The translations under genes were made by a program, and so were the position numbers. From positions 10,354,001 through 10,418,000 of the forward strand of contig CM022677.1 in NCBI GenBank assembly GCA_012295275.1: a stretch of DNA of 64,000 nt, given 5' to 3'. Source of the DNA: Chrysomallon squamiferum. Taxonomy: Eukaryota > Animalia > Mollusca. Below are positions 31,320-45,099 of this stretch, in pieces; position 1 is the first letter of the stretch; the number at the start of each line of letters is the position of its first letter. The notes beneath the pieces were generated by a model. It saw nothing but the letters and a program-made list of their open reading frames with translations. It had not been told where the DNA came from and did no database searches.

Positions 31320-31725
31320 TTACACAATGATTACCCCCTGATTAAAGAATTTTTTCCCAATTATTTTTTTATAAAAAATTCTATTTACCCTAATTACATA
31401 ACTGTCATTTATTTTTGCATTGATTACCCCATCAAACCCTTGATATTCACATGATTTAAATATAAAGAGAAAAATGATGATTTTTTTTTTTTTTTTGTAT
31501 AAACAAATTCTGATTAACCCTAATGACATAATTTTCAATTATATTTAAATTGATTACCCAGCAAACCCCTGATTTTACCCTGATTTAAGTAATATAAAGA
31601 AAAAAGTTTGTTTTATTGTGTTTTTATAAAAAAAACAGATACCCCTAATTACATAGTTTTAAATATATTTAGACAATGATTACCCCAGCAAACCATTGAT
31701 TTACACTGATTTAAATAATATAAAA
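31320..31725. repeat. Degenerate tandem repeat with GATTACCCC..CAAACCC.TGAT cores
   Basis: About 4 recurrences of GATTACCCC(A/C)..., each followed by TGATTTAAATA. Confidence 0.7.
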
Positions 31726-31965
31726 ATTATATTAAAAAAGTTTACACTATGCACTATCACATTCATTTTAGCTTATTTACAAAGATGGCATTCCATAGCA
31801 AAGATGAATCTCTATTCCTCTTTCAGTGAGAAAAATTAGAATAATTAAGCACACATCAATGATAAAAACAGTGCAAGCTGCTATGAAGTACAATGTGTAC
31901 ACTGGATGTTCTGATTACATTGACAATGCAGTCTCTTGGAGATCACTGAGTTTTCAAAATTCAAA

Positions 31966-34787
31966 TTACATTTCAGACAGATTTTCTCTTGAAAGTGTTG
32001 AGCTTTCTCTGGACAGGGAAGACTGTGATGTAATAGCATTCTGGTGCTCTGTTGAATCTTTTCTGAAAATGGGTCTTACAGCATTTTCAACTGAAGTGCT
32101 GGCTAAGGCAGCTTGAATCTGTTGTCTAGGATCCTACAACAAAATATAATATTCATTAATAAACTAATCATAAAATAAAGTGAAAGTAGTATTTGTTGTC
32201 AGCTCTAAATGCATTTCACTGTCTTAGCAAGAAACATTTTACTCCACATTATTTTTTCCATAAAACTTTAATAATAACAACAATTTATTAAATGTTTTTA
32301 TATTCTCATTATATTTTTTAACTTTGATATTATAGAATTAAAATAGCAATACATCAGTGAAAGTATGAAAAATATGTTTTAATATATTTGAATAATTCTT
32401 TAACTTGGTAAAATTTGATATTTACACTGTTTTAGACCAGGAATATTAAGTAAATAAACATTTTAAACCTAGATAACATTACATTAGACAGTAAGATAAT
32501 GGTCTTCTAATACAGTAAATAAATTTTAAGGATTACATTCTGTTAGAAACATGAAATATAAAAAGACAACATTTAGTGCAAAACTACTTAAATTTCTATA
32601 AATAAAAATAAGAACAATTTTAAAGACCAAATTATTCCTAGGAAAAACATACTTAAAATAACCAATAAAATTCCATTTTAATTAACACACTACTACTTTG
32701 CATTTGAAACTAAATTATACTTAAGTTAACTTATCTAAATTTAAAGGCTTAAAGTCTTACCTGCTGTATTTATTATTTGCTATTGCAGCTTTAAAACTGT
32801 AGCGTCTTATGCCAGAAGATGAATCTGTTTCTTCTTTGTCACCACAGTTCAAGGTTATGGTGCTGCTCCCTTGTCTCATATCTTGAACAGTTCTTTGATG
32901 ATAGCTTGTGAGTATTCCATTGTGTTGGTACTGCTGCAGGTAGTAAGGTTTGCATTATGATCCAGTCCAGACTGAGACCTCTGATGGGCAGGACAGGGTA
33001 CAGTATGGCAGAAGTTTACTGACTGATTCAAGTCAAATGAATGGTGGTTTAAGCTTTTTCACTTTTTCTTGACCTTGGATAATTTCTATCACCTGAAATT
33101 AACATTAAAAAGTTATTTTCTATTATAAACAGGTTTCTGATGTTAAAATATGTTAACTCAAGACATTTTTCATTATTAATTTTCTTCTGTTTATTAAAAA
33201 AGCTATCAGTTTGTAATGGGAACAGTGAAACCAATGTACTTTATGTATGTATATTTATGATAATTAACAAAGAATTCTAATTTTTAAATATTTTACTTTA
33301 ACGTTTTTATGAATGGGTTGGAATGACTTAGGAACTACTTTAAATTGAGTTTTCATCAATATGCTTTTATGTGACTGGGTAAATGTTAATTAATTTGATT
33401 CTTTTTTTGATTTTCCCTCTCACTAAGTATATAACAATTTTATTTACCAACAACAGGTGAACTGCAGACATGTGTAGTTGGGTGGTGTTCCCTGCACATC
33501 ACTCCTAAGAGACATCAGCTTTCCATTCTGTATAAATAAAATTTTAAAATATTACAAAATAAACATATCATATAAGACTTAATAACAAGTATGTGTTACC
33601 CAGATAAAACAAAAATGAAACAATATAAAACACCTGCTCAAAAACATTATTTATGAATATATATAACTCTTTAAGTTCAAATTCATATAAATAATTATTA
33701 ACATAATATTATAATTATGCCTTCTTGTAATGTGCTAACAATCATTAAACACACACTGAAAAATTATCTTAAAGATCTACTAATATGAATCTAATTTAAT
33801 CTGAATGAAAAACATTTTACACTTTTTAAAACATAATTTAATTAGATTATTGCATGTGTTCAGTAATTTAATTATAACGGTAACATTTCCAAACACTCAT
33901 CTGACTGCTTTGTTTTATTTCATAGCTTTTCTATTATTAACAGATGTATACAAACCAGAACATCAGGAGCTGTCTGACTGTTTGTTAGTTTGCTTTTAAG
34001 TGACTCTATCTCTTTAGTAATTTTTGCTTTTAGTGCATCAGTTGTTAAACCAGAGACAGTGTTCTAGAAAAATACATAGGTTAGACAAATATATTCAAAA
34101 CAGTTTTTTATTATTACTTTATTATTATTATTTGTATTACTATTTCATACATGTTTTTATATTTTCTTTTCAGGCTCAGAATAATAATATCTGCATTTAA
34201 AAAAAAAAAAAAATTATTGATTTGTTACTAAAATATTAGTTTATACCCAAAGCTGGCTTCAGTGTTTTCAGGTCCTTTTTGATTCATGAAGCTATTACCC
34301 TTTGGCACTGACGAGGTCTATGTTATCATTTTCTTATGTGAGATTACATCCTGTTCTATCACCTTGCTTTAGGTTGATGAATTCCTGAGTAGAATCATAA
34401 GAAGAAATAGCCATAAGATAATCTGATAAGGAGAACAGATATTATTATCTGAAATAACTTCCTTTTTGTCCCACTGTCCATATTTGGGATCAGCTAAAGC
34501 CTTTGAGGTTTTGTTAATGTGTTCATCATCTACAGGATTAACAATTTTTATCTCCTGAAACTAAGATTTTTGGTCCAACCTCATTTAGAGTGGGATCATT
34601 GAAAAGAGTGTTGATTTTGTTCTTAATCTTAGACATATCTAAGAAATTTGATGATGTATCCACTTTTATAGCAACAGCATTCCCACCACCTCCACCAAAA
34701 TCAAGATTTTCTGTTACTATAAATGTCAGCTGATTTTGTCCACTTTATTAATATATACAGTGTAAGCAAGATTAGTCCTGGCAAAAT
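31966..34787 (-). pseudogene. Unidentified multi-exon pseudogene. Relic exons ~34247-34787, 33956-34063, 33447-33527, 32761-33092, 31966-32133
   Basis: GC-richer blocks bounded by minus-strand AG/GT sites contain internal stops and frameshifts. They include an SH3-like start (YLMAISSYDSTQEFINLKQGD) and KVKKLKPPFI*LES, which is reminiscent of DBF4 motif M. Identity is uncertain. Confidence 0.5.
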
Positions 34788-35679
34788 CTGTGAATATAAA
34801 ACAAATAAAACAGTAAAAGATGATAGAATGTGTTTTCATAAAATTTCAAAAGATATCAATAAAAAAATTAAAAAATAAAAACAAATCTAGGTTAATTATT
34901 TGTTTATGATATTTCCTATACAATGGTTTTGCAAATGTAGATAGTTTCTTTCAGTGCTACTGATTCCACAGGCATCCTTTTTATGACAGAAGGGAAGATG
35001 GTAGAAAGTATAAATAGGAAATTTAATGAAGAATTTATTAATTATTATTAAGACACCAGCTATAACATGCAAATTCCATTGTAAGGAAACACAGCAGTAA
35101 ATATATTTTAAGTTAAAGTTGTAATTTTTCTCTCTCAAAATAAATTATGATTCATCTACAATTTCTGAAAATTTAAATATAATTTCAAGGGGAGAAAAAT
35201 ATCAAATAATAATAATACTAAAAAATAATTTAAATCTACTTTCGAAATGGCTGACGTTGTAAATGAAACTAAATGCAAATAAATAAGATAATTCTTGAAA
35301 CAATTTTATTCTGTGAATGATATCATACTGTAAGTGAAATGACACAAATAAATTCATTATGAATAAAAATGGAAAACATTTCAAAGTTTTTAATGGTGAT
35401 ATATTTTTCTCTCTTGAAAAGATTTTTTCTGCCACAGATTCGAAAATATTTATTAAAATGACAAATCAGTAATCCACTTACTTAATAATATTCTAATCCT
35501 TAACTAATATTATCTATGAAATGCTATATATGAAGGTAACACGGTCATCATTCAGAGAATACCATTTTGCAAAACCTAAATAATACTTTCTCAACAATTA
35601 CGATCTCCCTTTAGGTTTAAAAAGTGAAATTAATAATAATAATAATAAATAAATAAATAAATAAATAAATAAAAAAATT

Positions 35680-35924
35680 ATTGTTCCCCCAAAAAAAAAA
35701 AATGGCTGCCATCACGTAATAATGACTTTTAAATTATAATTAAACAAAACCAAAAAATCCAAACACATTAACAGCAATAATAATAAATAATAGTACCTGT
35801 CTCTTGCACAAAATGAAATGATTTAAGCAAGTTTTTTGTTGCATGATAATGCGATTAACCCAGTTCTTCAAATAAAAAGTAAATCCTTAAAGACCGGCAA
35901 TCATCCCGCATTTTTCCGAAAACA

Positions 35925-35959
<35 letters not shown>

Positions 35960-37700
35960 AAATGCAAATAAAATAAAATGAAATAAAACAACCTATTAAA
36001 ATATACGTATTAATTATAAATCGATGTGGTTTTTTTTTTTTTATTTTTTATTTTATTTTATTTTATTTTTTATTATTATTATTATTTTTTATCTTTTTAT
36101 TAGCCAGTCAATGACCGTAAATTTCAAATAAACGGTGTTGTTGTTTTTTTTACCCCTGTTTTTTCTTTCTTCTTCTTATTTATTTATTTATTTATTTATT
36201 TATGTTAATGTACTTTTCTGGCATATTTTAAAATATCACCAGCACAAGGTAGCATTTACAGATAACGACATCTGTTTTCATCTAGCCTCTCAGGAAATAC
36301 GCCAACAACTGCACTTAGAAGATGATCTACTTGCAACCATTGCATGTCGAGTGAATCAAAATTTATATATATTTTCTAAAATATTCAGGAATTATCATAT
36401 TTCACCGAAATGTAGTTTGAACTATTTAGTTGAAGTGAAACGTGATGATTCTTGAACATTAAAAACATTAAATAAGTCAATGGATTAAGAATAGTTCTGG
36501 TTACCAAAATATACATTTAAAAATTCCCCTGACTCAGGACAGTTTGTACTGATTAGCTGAAAACAAACAAGATTAACATGTTATTTTATTATTATAATTG
36601 CGTTCGTGATTTTTTTTTTTTTTTTTTTCACATTCATTACAAGGTGTACATCAGCGCAAGTTGTATAGTGTAATATACTTTACATTTCTGATTACACCTG
36701 AAGTTCTCTTATTACATTAGATATTAATATAACCGCTCCATCAGTAATTATCAATATAACATTGAAGCAAACACCATATTTGTCAAATTCCTCTCTTTGT
36801 CAACAGCTAAATACCAACAATAATAACACCTTAATATCGTGCATTTTCACTTCTTTATTATTATTATTATTTAAAATTTTTTCTGGAAAACGGTGGCTTC
36901 CTTTATATTTTGACGCTATATTCGTATTTGATTACAACTGTTCATTAGAACATAAAAATTACTTCTAACTTTTTATTAGGTCGCGTAATGTTAAATATAT
37001 ATATAATGATAAAAATAAATTGGACAATTTTATAGAACCAGTTATTTTTATATTAAAATTGCATTAATTAGACATTATCGCTTATATTATTGAATAAATG
37101 TGGAATTCCATTCGAGATTAACTCCCTTTTTCTCAATGTTTTAATATATATATATATATATATATATCTATATATATATATATATCCTGTATATCTGTAA
37201 TTATCAATATAATCTGTGCTGTAATACTAAGATTTAATTTTCTACGAACACTCACTTATAAAATGAATATATTGAAATTGCTTCTTATTGTAATAAAATC
37301 TTTTAAAATCAGTCTGATATATTTTTAATTACATAATTTGATAAATAACCTCTGAATTTTAGATTAATCTTGGGATTTCATGTAGAGAGAGATGTAAATT
37401 ATTTGGGGTAAAAAAAATACATATGTTTATATAGCTAAATACATATGTTTATATTACCGAAGAAATCCTATTTTTCATTGATAATTGTACACGCATATTA
37501 AAAATCAAATTTTAATAACGTGAGTATAACGTTAATGTTATTATTTCGTCTAAAAAACATATTCGTATTTAGATGTGGAGCTTCTAATTTTACGTTAATT
37601 TCACAAAATCATTCATAACGTTGATGTCGTTTATAATCAAATATTTCATTGTTCTTGAATTCGTTTTGATCAGGGCTGATGAATTAATAACAAAAATTAA
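35680..37700 (+). repeat. Segmental duplication, copy A (homologous to ~58040-62430)
   Basis: Shared blocks include GCTGCCATCA...AAAACCAAAAAATCCAAACACATTAAC...ACCGGCAATCATCCCGCATTTTT...TCAAATAAACGGTGTTGTT and CGAAGAAATCCTA.TTTTCATTGATAATTGTACAC...TATTTAGATGTGGAGC. Confidence 0.85.
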
Positions 37701-37799
37701 AACATTTCTCTCAGTCTCAGTTGTGTCGTATAAAGGGCCGTGATGTTAGCTCTTATGATGAATATCATCAGATAGTCATAAAAGGAAGGTATTATCTGA

Positions 37800-37911
37800 A
37801 ACAATAATGCATTTTAATAGTATATTTTAACACTACGAAAGTCAGAATAACATTTACTGAAAAAGGCAACACAACTAGGAGTACAACGCAGGCACGACTC
37901 CAATGATGGCG

Positions 37912-37983
<72 letters not shown>

Positions 37984-39118
37984 TTTAATATTGGGCGCGC
38001 ACACTACGAAAGTAAAAACAATAGTTAATAAAAAGCACAACAGAATAACGAGAAGTGGACCAAAAACGTTAAGAACAACGTGGACACGACTACAACGACG
38101 GCGACATTAATAGGAATTATAATAAGAAGAAACAATAACAGAAAATGAAAAATAAAATTAAAAAAAGAAACGGAAAAATTCGAAGAACAGCAATAACGTC
38201 AAGAACATCGCAGATACGATGGCAACGACGTCCACATTAATACAAATAACAGTAATATGTTTTGAAATAGGATGTGCACACTAAGAATAATGACCAGGAC
38301 CAAAATTACGTTAAGGTCAACGCAATTACGATGGCGACTTTGATAAAAATAATAATAAATATTTTAACACTGGGCAGGCACTCTCAGAAAGTAAGAATAA
38401 TGGTTAATGAAATATTTTAATATAGTTTGGGCCAACCAACAAAGTCAGGATAACACTTAATAAAAAGCGGAAGAGGATAATTAGAGCTTCACCATTATTA
38501 TATAATATCACATTAACCTCACTTTTCACAAATTTTCTTTTATTGGTCATTTTAATTATTCAGTTGAGTTTTGGATTTTTCTATCCGTCTGTCTGTATCT
38601 CTGTCTATGTATTTATCTCTCTGTATGTCTGTCTGTCTCACTCTCTGTTTGTCTGTCTATCTATCCACCTACCTATCTACCTCTCAGATTACAGTGATAA
38701 ATACAGGTGCAGTTGTAAGTACAACTTCAGTAAAAAAAATGTATAAACACTAGAAAATACTGGGAGAGGTTTTCTGAAAAAAACTGAAGGATCTTCGAGA
38801 TTAAGCAAATCCGACGCCAACGATAGTAATAGTAATAATAATAATATATTGTAATACAGGCCGCGCACACCAAAAAAGTGATACTAATAGTTAATGAAAA
38901 GCGCAACACAATAATTAAACTACACCAATAACCTTAAGAACAACGCAGGTACGACGGCACCGACGTCTACATTAATACAAAAAGCAATAATATATTTTGA
39001 AATAGGATCTACACACTAAGAAATTAAGGACAGCAGTTAATAAAAACCTCAAAAGAATAATGACAAAGACAAGAATACCGTGCAGGACAACGCAGACACG
39101 ACGCCAACGACGGCGACA

Positions 39119-39150
<32 letters not shown>
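37800..39150 (+). repeat. Diverged ~130-160 bp satellite (CAACGACGGCGACATTAA family)
   Basis: Recurrent AAGAACAACGCAGATACGA..CAACGACGGCGACATTAATA...AGGATGTGCACACTAAGAA. The same family occurs at 48450-49935 and 63030-63200. Confidence 0.85.
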
Positions 39151-39152
<2 letters not shown>

Positions 39153-39279
39153 TTAAAGGTCCGTCAACCGGCCGTATAAAAAATTATGTTTCAAATTCTA
39201 AAATATGTATGAAAACAATGAGTTTCCTTTTTTTTTTTTTTTTTTTTTTATTTTTTTAAGTCATTGGTCCATGCTAATG

Positions 39280-39770
39280 CAGGGATCGAAAATGACCAAT
39301 CGCCAGGTCACCAAATGCGAGCAAAGTTCCGTTTAGGCGACTAGGGTGTTAAAAAAATTATAGGTTTATCGCCCAAAAATGATAATTTTATCGCAAATAT
39401 TTAATTCACATAAAAGGTTTGCCCATAATTCCATAAGTTGGTGTATCGGCTTACCTTATTTGCCGACGTCTATTTATAGACACTAATGCTAAAGTGAAAC
39501 CAGAGAACATTTCTAACCCATACCTTAAAGAATTATCGGTTGGTTAACGGAGCAAGTTATCATAGGAGATAACTCTATAAGCAAGTGTTTGCTATTGTTT
39601 TTCCTTTTCAATTCAAGCATTAATTGGCTGAAGTGAAGACAGCCAACAAATCTAACGAACTTTTAGACCGTTAAGTTAAATAATTATCGGTTGGTTAACG
39701 GAAACAAGTTATCTTCGGAGATAACTCTATAACCTTGTATTTGCTAATGTTTTTTCCTTTTCAATTCCAG
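39280..39770 (+). mobile_element. Probable hAT-type element terminus with an internal ~150 bp tandem duplication
   Basis: It starts with CAGGGATCGAAAATGACC, typical of a hAT-type TIR start. AATTATCGGTTGGTTAACGGA..CAAGTTATC..GGAGATAACTCTATAA occurs twice (39531 and 39682). No partner TIR was found. Confidence 0.4.
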
Positions 39771-40793
39771 AAGGGTTACTTACCCAGAATAAAAAATAAA
39801 TAAAAATAAAAATTAAATTAAATAAAATACTAAAACATATGAGACTAAATCTTCTCGTTAGAATGTCCACATCAAAGGTCGAAATTTGTTATGGCTATTT
39901 TAGTTAATAAAAGAATTTTTTTTCATTAATTATTTTCCGTTCAGGGTTTTGTCTGAGTAAAGTGTTCGTTGGTGATTTATAATGTTTTTTTTATTTATCA
40001 CGTGAATAATTTTGTCTTTTAGTCAACTTCTTTTTATTTATTTTGGCCTTTTGCCTGAAATCTGTCTATTTTGTAAATAAACAAGACTCATTAAAAATGA
40101 TTTTATATATTTTTTAATTTTCAATTCTGAAAAAGTCTTTCTGAATTTCTCTTTTTCATTAATTAGGTACATTTGAATTTGTGTGTGTGTTTGTGTGTGT
40201 GTTGTGTGTGTGTGTGTGGTTTTTTGAGTAAGTGTTCATTGGTGATTTATAATGTTTTTTATTTATCACCTTTTGAAATCAGTCTCACAGTTTTAGTCAA
40301 CAGGCAGAAGAAAATTAATTCACCTAGTCACTTTTTTCTATTTTGGCCTTTTTGCCTGCTGTCTTTTGTAAATCCTAATTTTCATTTCTGAATCATTTGA
40401 GTTAGTGGGTTTAATGTCTTCCACGTTTTTTTTTTTTATAGGTGGGTTTGTTGTTATTTGTCTTGGTTCTGAAAGTTCAATGTGTGCAGTCGTGTGTATA
40501 GTGTGTATAATTCAATGGTAATTATTTATACTTCTAATGTGTCTTTATTTACTTCAACACACACACACACACACAAACACACACTGATAAACATGCACAC
40601 TTAAATATACAAACAGACATACACATATTATTTTATTTAGTGTTTTATTTTTCTTTCTCAGCCAGTCATTTTATTTTTATATTTTCATTTCTCAGTTTGT
40701 TACATTGCAAATTTAAAAAGTTTCTTCTTTTTAACTGTTATAATTAATTTATACTATTATTTTTTATTATTATCATTAGTTTTATTATTATTA

Positions 40794-40834
<41 letters not shown>

Positions 40835-43800
40835 TATTATATATGACTGTGTGTGTGTTTTTCTTTTAACTTTTAACAATTTTGGAGCTCTAATTTTAAA
40901 ATTAAAAAATTGAGTGGATGGGATTTAAGTGAAAAAAAAAATTTTAGGTTCGCTTCATTTTATTAAAAATGTGCTTTTGATTCCTATCTTTGCAATTAAA
41001 TACATATTTTAATAATTTGCAGTTTAGTATTTATTTATTTTCATATTTATTTTCATGGGTTTTACACATTTTTTGTTGTTTTTATTTTATTTTATTTATT
41101 TATTTTTAAAATTTGTTTGCTGTTGTTTTGTTTTTGCTTTGTTTTCTTAGATCTTTAATTTCTTTTTTTTTTATTTTAATTTTAATTTAATTTGGTCTGT
41201 ATTGGAGAAAAAAAAAATTGCAAAAGCTTAAAGGCTTTTTATCATGAAACTTGTTCTTTTTATGTGATATGCTTGTAAAATATCCATTTTGTCCTTCTTT
41301 TCAGTTATGGGTGCTTTTCTTGTTTTGTTTTCTTCTTTTGTTTTTAAATTTTTAAATAATTATTTATATATTTTCTTATTTATTTTGTTTCTTCTTTAAT
41401 GGCAAGGTTTTACTGATATTTTATTGTTTTTCAATATTAGTGAGTTGTCTTAAAACTAACGGAACACTCAGTTTTAAAGAATCCAGTCAGAGAATTAAAG
41501 GTGGATTGTAGATTAGAATTTTTACTGTTATTTCTTGTTTTTAATATTTTATTGATTATTAATAATATAAAAAAATACAAAACTGTTAACACAGCTAATA
41601 ATTTTCATCTGTTTTGCCTATATATTTGCAAGATAATATTTATCTAATTTGCTTAAAATTTACTTAGCATGTTATGCAGAGTCAGTTTTCATAAAAGTCA
41701 AGTATCTTCTGCTTTTCGATTTCCTTAAATTCTACTTTATCATTATAAATCTGTATACTGAAAACACCCAGAAAATCCCAATTAAAAAACCCAAAAATGA
41801 AAGAACTTAATTAAAAAGTTTTTCTAATATTGTATAGATTTTAAAAATTAAAACAAAACTTGGTAATTAATTAAATATTATCACTGTTACCTAAAAATTT
41901 GTATTACTTATTCTGTATGGTTTTCAATAATTTATAATTATTAAAATATATAAACAGTTAATCTTTGCAATTAATAAAATGAAATATTATCATCACTTTT
42001 TGCTTAAAATCTGTTTTCAATATTATGGATTTTATTCATGATAATACATGGTTTTAAATAGATTATAATTAAAATATGTAAATAATAAATCTTGGTAATT
42101 AATATAATAAAATATTGTCACTATTAAAATTATATTTTAAATGTTCTGCATTGTTTTTGTAAGAAAAAACATGTAAAGGATTTGTTTTCCTACAGAAATT
42201 TCCTGACTGTAAAATAACATTTCACTGTCTGAGAACTGACTTTGACCAGCTGCTGTGTGTGAGGTGGACAAACCTGACTGTCTCTTTTTATATTTGTTAA
42301 TTTATGGATGAAAATTACATTTAAAAAAAAAAAAAAAATATATATTTTTATTTTTTTATTATCTTTTATTTAATGTTTTTGCTGTTGTTTTGTTTTTACT
42401 TAAAAAACAATGTCAGTTAAAATAAAGATTTATTTTCATATCCTGAAAAGTTACAAATATTGATAAATAAAAACGTAAAGCCAATGGCAGGGTGTTCCAT
42501 TTCAAGGTTTATTTAACAAATAACTAATTCAAAGTAACTTTAAGTGTGTCATAGATTGTGTACCGCCAGTTTTATGTAAAAACATATATTTATTTAGACT
42601 GAAAATAAAAATTGGTGGTTAGTTACGTATAAATATTTTTGGTTCCATCCAGTGCACTGTGTCTACTATATTAAAAGCTGTGGTTTGTACTATTCTGTCA
42701 GTGAGTCTGTTTGTTCCAGCCATTTAATGTGGTATGTACTACCCTGTCATTGAGTCCATTTGTTCCTGCCAGTACCCAATGTCTGGTATATTAAAGGCTG
42801 TGAGACTGTTTGTTCCAGTCAGTGCATTAAAGCCAGTGGTGTGTACTAACAGTTTTTTTGATGATAGAATATTAGAGGCAATAGTATGTACTACTCTGTC
42901 AGCGAGTTTATTTGTTCTAGCTTTTAGAAAAACTTTGCCAAAATCAGTAATAAAATTTTTTGAAAACCATGATATAAAAAGTTTCAAATTAAAAATTGTC
43001 TTAAATATTTCATAACATTTTAAAGAGTTGAGAGGCTATAAAACACAAAAATACCAAGATTTCTACTGATCAATAAAAATATATTAATAAAATATACAAC
43101 ATAAAAAGAAAATACCAAGACATTTGTTTACAAACACTATAAAACTTAATAAATAACTTGACAGATAATGAAACCTGCAAATTAGTCATTAAGAACATTT
43201 TCAATTTATGATTTTATCTTCCAAACAACAAATACATGATAAATATAGGTTTACACAACTGATTCCATTTTATGTTTTAACAAAGTTTTATAGGATAAAT
43301 CTTTACCAGAATGCTTGGTATTTTTTTATTTTAAGTTTTGATTAGATTATTAAGTACATTATTATTTCAAAAACAATTATTTAAAAATATAAAATTAAAT
43401 TAAAAAAAAAAATTATCTCCCTTAAACCAAACATTTTTTAATACGAAGTCTGTACTTTTATTTTAAGTCAGTAACCGAGGATTTCTGACACTAAATCATT
43501 TTAAAAAAGTAACTTCTTTTATCACATACTTGTCTGTACTTGGTGCTTTGTCTGGTCCAAAAATTCTGTATACTGAAGATATCTGATTACATCTTTCATG
43601 AACAACATTGTAACTTTGAATCTAAATTCAGTATCACAATATTATAAATTCTTCAATAAGAACAGTCCATGATTCACACAAGTAATGTTTTTAAAATGTT
43701 ATTTTGGTGTGGAATTTCCTAAAAGCTTTCAATTTTATCCAGTTATTCAGTTCTTTATATTTACTGTGGAGATGTTTTATCTTCTGTTTACTTAGTTCAG

Positions 43801-45099
43801 TACAGTCAGAAAACCTGAAGAACTTGGAGGCAAACTTGACAAGTCATTTAGATTCAGTGGGTAACAATACTTGTAAATAGCTTTCAGTGGCGTCTGAAAT
43901 ATAAAATATTACATTCAAACATTTTAACAAGACCCACTATAATTTTATATTTTATCATTTGAATCTGAAGTAATGTTTTCAACCAATAATAAGTACAGTT
44001 AATTTAACTGAAATAAAATAAAGTTTAATTATATTTATTTAAACAGATCTTGTTGGACCTCTGTTTTTCATTATCTGGGGAAATGTGTGTTTAATACAAG
44101 TCTGAAACATCAACTCAGATACTTGATTAATGTTTTAAAAAATTTATATATTTCTTTCTTAAAGCAGTAACATCAATTTATATTTTAATTAAGTACATAA
44201 ATTAATATATTTTATAAAAATTGACAACAAGTAAGATCAATAATCTTTATCTGTTAATTTTTGAAGATACATTTTCTAAAGTACAGTTCTTTTCTCCCAA
44301 CTGTTCATTATATTCAGTATCTGATTTCAAAACACTTTAACTCATCTGAGTTTCTGAGTTTGTACAAATTTCTTTTAACACCACGAACTGGAGAAGTGAT
44401 TGTTCTTCACTGAATTGTACTACAAGCCTGGTCAAGTGGTCATCCTTGGCCTAACAGAACTTTTGCTGGTCAGCAAGGGCTTGTTTATCCTGTAAAAGTA
44501 GTAAAAAAAAACTTATCACTGATAACCCTAATAAATAAAATTGATTTACTAAAAAAAAATATAACATTTATCATTGAAAGAATAGCAAATTATTATTTAA
44601 ATGTTACCTAAAGTATTAAAATTACAAATTATTTAGATATAATAAATACATTTTACATCTTATATCATTATTAAGATATCTCTTGAAAATTATCTGCTTG
44701 TCTGTTATTTTTTCAAAAATACACAAGTTTATAATTTTTAGTGTTCATAATCAGCAAGTTTCTTCAGTTTTGTGTCAAACTTTATAATTAACAAGATTGT
44801 TCACCATAAATAAACAAAATAATATTCTGAATTTTCTTGGATTTTAATAATAAAGAGTTCACTTTGCTTTTTTTTTTTTTTTTTTTTTTTTTTTTCAATT
44901 TCCAAAACAGGATGTTGTATATAAGTTTTTTGTTTAATAATAACTTTTCTGTTTTACTTATTTTCTTATGTAATATTAGTTTAATTATATCTTTGAAACC
45001 TATAAAAAACAGCACTTTCAAGCCTTTGATCTGTAGAGAACATTCTGCTCAGACAACATGGAGACAATGTGAGAATTCTGTCACATGAACTGACATGAT

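Noticed and set aside
32990-33092. Naming the 32-35 kb relic DBF4
   Set aside because: Only a ~12-residue resemblance to motif M; the YRP motif, BRCT-like motif N and C-terminal Zn finger were not seen.
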